Source: Tubulanus polymorphus
Lineage: Eukaryota; Animalia; Nemertea
Direction: 5' to 3'
DNA: 64,000 nt
Assembly (NCBI RefSeq): GCF_964204645.1
Contig: NC_134025.1
Coordinates: forward strand, 2,852,001-2,916,000
The notes below the pieces were generated by a model. It ran no database searches. It was not told where the DNA came from and worked only from the letters and a program-made list of their open reading frames with translations. This document shows positions 59,301-64,000 of this stretch, piece by piece (within the stretch, counting starts at the first letter, position 1; the number at the start of each line of letters is the position of its first letter). The translations under genes were made by a program, and so were the position numbers.

Positions 59301-62300
59301 CCTTCCTTCTTCAACTGTCATGTAGAAACGTGACAAACAAACTGCATTGTCAGTGTGTTACAACACTGATGACCTCCTTTAATACTGCTGCTTGCTGCTG
59401 GGTGTAAATTAAAACGCTCTGTTTCGGGGTGATATATTGAGTTAAGGAGTCTCCTCCTTCCTTCTTCAACTGTCATGTAGAAACGTGACAAACAAACTGC
59501 ATTGTCAGTATGTTACAACACTGATGACCTCCTTTAATACTGCTGCTTGCTGCTGGGTGTAAATTAAAACGCTCTGTTTTGGCGTGATATATTGAGTTAA
59601 GGAGTCTCCTCCTTCCTTCTTCAACTGTCATGTAGAAACGTGACACAAACAAACTGCATTGTCAGTGTGTTACAACACTGATTACCTCCTTTAATACTGC
59701 TGCTTGCTGGTGGTGTTAATTGATACACTCTGTTTTGGGTTGATATTGAGTTCAGGAGTCTTCTCCTTCCTTCTTCAACTGTCACGTAGAAATGTGACAA
59801 ACTAACTGAATTGTCAGTGTGTTACAACACTGATGACCTCCTTTAATACTGCTGCTTGATTCTGGGTGAAAATTAAACGCTCTGTTTTGGGGTGATATTG
59901 AGTTAAGGAGTCTTGTCCTTCCTTCTTCAACTGTCACGTAGAAACGTGACACAAACAAACTGCATTGTCAGTGTGTTACAACACTGATTACCTCCTTTAA
60001 TACTGCTGCTTGCTGGTGGTGTTAATTGAAACACTCTGTTTTGGGGTGATATTGAGTTACGGAGTCTTCTCCTTCCTTCTTCAACTGTCACGTAGAAACG
60101 TGACAAACAAACTGAATTGTCAGTGTGTTACAACCTTTAATACTGCTGCTTGATGCTGGGTGAAAATTAAAACGCTCTGTTTTGGGGTGATATTGAGTTA
60201 AGGAGTCTCCTCCTTCCTTCTTCAACTGTCACGTAGAAACGTGACAAACAAACTGAACTGTCAGTGTGTTACATCCCTGATGACCTCCTTTAATACTGCT
60301 GCTTGATGCTGGGTGAAAATTAAAACGCTCTGTTTTGGGGTGATATTGAGTTAAGGAGTCTCCTCCTTCCTTCTTCAACTGTCACGTAGAAACGTGACAA
60401 ACAAACTGAACTGTCAGTGTGTTACATCACTGAGGGCCTTTAATACTGCTGCTTGCTGGTGCATGTTAATCAAAACACTCAGTTTTGCGACTTAACGTTT
60501 TAAATGTATAAATATTCAAAGGAGCTATCCATCGATAGCTTTGTGGTGGTTGTATCATTGAAATGTTGCTGGTGTTGGTTCTGTGTATATATTGTAATAT
60601 ATGTCAGTGAATTGGGATTGATTGTTATGTTTCCTGATCGTCCTTATTGCGACTTAACGTTTTAAATGTATAAATATTCAAAGGAGCTATCCATCGATAG
60701 CTTTGTGGTGGTTGTATCATTGGAATGTCGCTGGTGTTGGTTCTGTGTATATATTGTAATATATGTCAGTGAATTGGGATTGCTTGTTATGTTTCCTGAT
60801 CGTCCTTATTGCGACTTAACGTTTTAAATGTATAAATATTCAAAGGAGCTATCCATCGATAGTTTTGTGGTGGTTGTATCATTGGAATGTCGCTGGTGTT
60901 GGTTTTGTGTATATATTGTAAAATATGTCGGTGAATTGGGATTGCTTGTTATGTTTCCTGATCGTCCTTATTGGGACTTAATGTTTTAAATGTATAAATA
61001 TTCAAAGGAGCTATCCATCGATAGCTTTGTGGTGGTTGTATCATTGAAATGTCGCTGATGTTGGTTTTGTGTATATATTATAATATATGTCAGTGAATTG
61101 GGATTGATTGTTATGTTTCCCGATCGTCCTTAATGCGACTTAACGTTTTAAATGTATAAATATTCAAAGGAGCTATCCATCGATAGCTTTGTGGTGGTTG
61201 TATCATTGGAATGTCACTGGTGTTGGTTTTGTGTATATATTGTAAAATATGTCGGTGAATTGGGATTGCTTATGTTTCCTGATCGTCCTTATTGGGACTT
61301 AATGTTTTAAATGTATAGATATTCATAGGTGCTATCCATCAATAGCTTTGTGGTGGTTGTATCATTGAAATGTCGCTGGTGTTGGTTTTGTGTATATATT
61401 ATAAAATATGTCGGTGAATTGGGATTGATTGTTGTATTTCCTGATCGTCCTCATTGCGACTTAACGTTTTAAATGTATAAATATTCAAAGCAGCTATCCA
61501 TCGATAGTTTTCTGGTGGTTGTATCATTGAAATTCCTTGTTTAGTGTTCAAAAACACTGTGGGTGAAATACTGCTAAATTGGTGGTGATGAAAGTTAAGT
61601 GTTACACAACACTGTGGGTGAATTACTGCTAAATCATTTGGTGGTGATGAAAGCTAAGTGTTACAAAACACAGTGAATGAATTACTGCTAAATCAATTGG
61701 TTGTGATGAAAGTTAAGTGTTACAAAACACTGATACACTGTTTTGGGGTGATATTGAGTTCAGGAGTCTCCTCCTTCCTTCGTCAACTGTCATGTAGAAA
61801 TGTGACAAACTTGATTGTCATCCTGGTGTCTTACCTGATGACCTCCCTTAATGCTGCTCGTTGCTGCTGGGTGTTAATTCTTACCTCCTTCCTTTACCTT
61901 CTTGAATTATTACATTAAACATTATCACAATAAAAATTATTACATTAAACATTATTACATCATGAATTGTTACATAATTACATTATCAAATTACACATTA
62001 TGGCCATCTAAAAAGCTGGCAAGTTCCTTCTCCGTGTTAATCATTCCACTTTTTTAGGGGTGATATTGAGTTCAGGAGCCTCCTCCTTCCTTCTTCAACT
62101 GTCATGTAGAAATGTGACAAACAAATTGAATTATCCTCCCGATGTCCAACCTGATGATCTCCTTTAATACTGCTGCTTGTTGGTTTTGGGGTGATATATC
62201 GAGTTAAGGAGTCTCCTCCTTCCTTCTTCAACTGTCTGACAAACGAACTGAATTGTCAGTGTGTTACAACACTGATTGACTTCCTTTAATACTGCTGCTT

Positions 62301-63160
62301 GCTGCTGGGTGTAAATTGATATGCTCTGTTTTGGGGTGATATTGAGTTCAGGAGTCTTCTCCTTCCTTCTTCAACTGTCACGTAGAAACGTGACAAACAA
62401 ACTGAATTGTCAGTGTGTTACAACACTGATGACCTCTTTAATACTGCTGCTTGATGCTGGGTGAAAATTGCTCTGTTTTGGGGTGATATTGAGTTAAGGA
62501 GTCTCCTCCTTCCTTCTTCAACTGTCATGTAGAAACGTGACAAACAAACTGCATAGTCAGTATGTTACAACACTGATGACCTCCCTTAATACTACTGCTT
62601 GATGCTGGGTGAAAATTAAAACGCTCTGTTTTTAAAACGCTCTGTTTTTTCAACTGTCATGTAGAAACGTGACAAACAAACTGAATCGTCAGTGTGTTAC
62701 AACACTGATGACCCCCTTTAATACTGCTGCTTGCTGGTGGTGTTAATCGATACACTCTGTTTTGGGTTGATATTGAGTTCAGGAGTCTTCTCCTTCCTTC
62801 TTCAACTGTCATGTAGAAACGTGACAAACAAACTGCATAGTCAGTATGTTACAACACTGATGACCTCCCTTAATACTACTGCTTGATGCTGGGTGAAAAT
62901 TAAAACGCTCTGTTTTGGGGTGGTATATTGAGTTACGGAGTCTTCTCCTTCCTTCTTCAACTGTCACGTAGAAACGTGACACAAACAAACTGCATCGTCA
63001 GTGTGTTACAACACTGATGGCCTCCTTCAATACTGCTGCTTGCTGGTGCATGTTAATTGAAACACTCTGTTTTGGGGTGATATTGAGTTAAGGAGTCTTC
63101 TCCTTCCTGCTTCAACTGTCACGTAGAAACGTGACAAACAAACTGAATTGTCACTGTTTA
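56326..63160. repeat. Composite higher-order satellite built from ~154-bp, 162-bp and ~58-bp units plus an AT-rich linker
   Basis: Macro-units restart at tgaaagttaa...acaaaacactgatacact (~56326, 58176, 61707). The 162-bp units lie at ~57438-58000 and ~60487-61535. Confidence 0.92.
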
Positions 63161-63420
63161 TATATTGTATCAGCAACTTATTATCACATTACGGAGTTGC
63201 GTTTTAAGACTGTTATATTCAAAGATGCTATTGCTTGATAGCCCTTGATAGCCTAGGTGTTAGATAGCCCTTGAATCAGCTAAACTGGGTCGGAGCATTT
63301 TATGAATGCCGATAAACTCTAAACCTGAGTTAATAAAACTTCAAAACATTGGAGCCAACTCTTGTCCATTATAGCCTATTAAGTGAAGATCGATCATCAT
63401 AAACACTGGTGAAAACAATT

Positions 63421-63495
63421 GACGTCTCACTTTACACCTGACGTCTCACTTTGAACCTGGCGTCTCACTTTGCACCAGACGTCTCACTTTGCACT
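63421..63495. repeat. 19-bp tandem repeat (gacgtctcacttt...)x4
   Basis: Four adjacent copies are visible. Confidence 0.8.
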
Positions 63496-64000
63496 GATGC
63501 ATCCATGCACTAACGCACTTGCATGAAATGGCACTAAATACATAAAGACACAAATTGTGTTTATGTATTTTCAGGGTATACACATGCACACCCGCGGGTC
63601 CATGCGCATGGAAAAAACTTGATTAGCAAGTACAGCGCTATCTATCTTTGTTTGTGTGTGGATATAACTTGTGATAATGTTTCAGTGTTTGTCATTGAAA
63701 AGCATTAATTCTACAAACAATATTAGATACCCATTTTGTAGACAAAAATATAAAAGGTTAATGATTAATTGTAAAATGGAAAAAATGAAATGTGAAATTA
63801 TCAATGTCTAAAATAATATACCGTAGTGAAGATTAAGTCGCAGTGATTATAGAGAGATTAGAGCGTCAGATCAGCCAGATCAGTTGTACTGAGTTATCTC
63901 CCTCAAAGTCAGGAACAAAGTGACAAGAGTCACAGGGAAAGTACACAGTTCCAGAGGAATGTCGAGTCATAAGTCTGAACTGACTTTAAATCAGGTATGA

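Noticed and set aside
59300-59560. Hammerhead ribozyme in the ~154-bp satellite (CTGATGA and GAAAC both present)
   Set aside because: No stem II joins CTGATGA directly to GAAA, and the GAAAC sits inside a separate hairpin, so the topology does not fit.

Overview
This is AT-rich eukaryotic DNA with GT-AG introns, most likely from an invertebrate animal (inferred). The window has two different halves. From 1 to ~32.9 kb it is gene-dense with short introns: ICA1/ICA69 (+, 5' end outside the window) with an intronless RING-B-box-coiled-coil-NHL TRIM gene nested antisense in its largest intron; a five-copy ~0.68-kb tandem array carrying long hairpins; MCM8 (-); CEP57 (-) head-to-head with FAM76 (+); and RTN4IP1 (-). 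MITEs are scattered through the introns. From ~32.9 to 64 kb it is repeat-rich with no recognisable conserved gene. This half holds a GC-rich branched hairpin, a Penelope-type end with a degenerate hammerhead motif, DNA-transposon relics, a spliced orphan gene with a CRE-TATA-Inr promoter, an identical 14-nt TATA motif on the opposite strand 16 kb away, and a run of unrelated mini/satellites (15, 28, 32, 37, 159, 38, 94, ~154 and 162 bp) ending in a higher-order repeat. All calls come from reading and hand-translating the sequence. No searches were run, and repeat boundaries are approximate.
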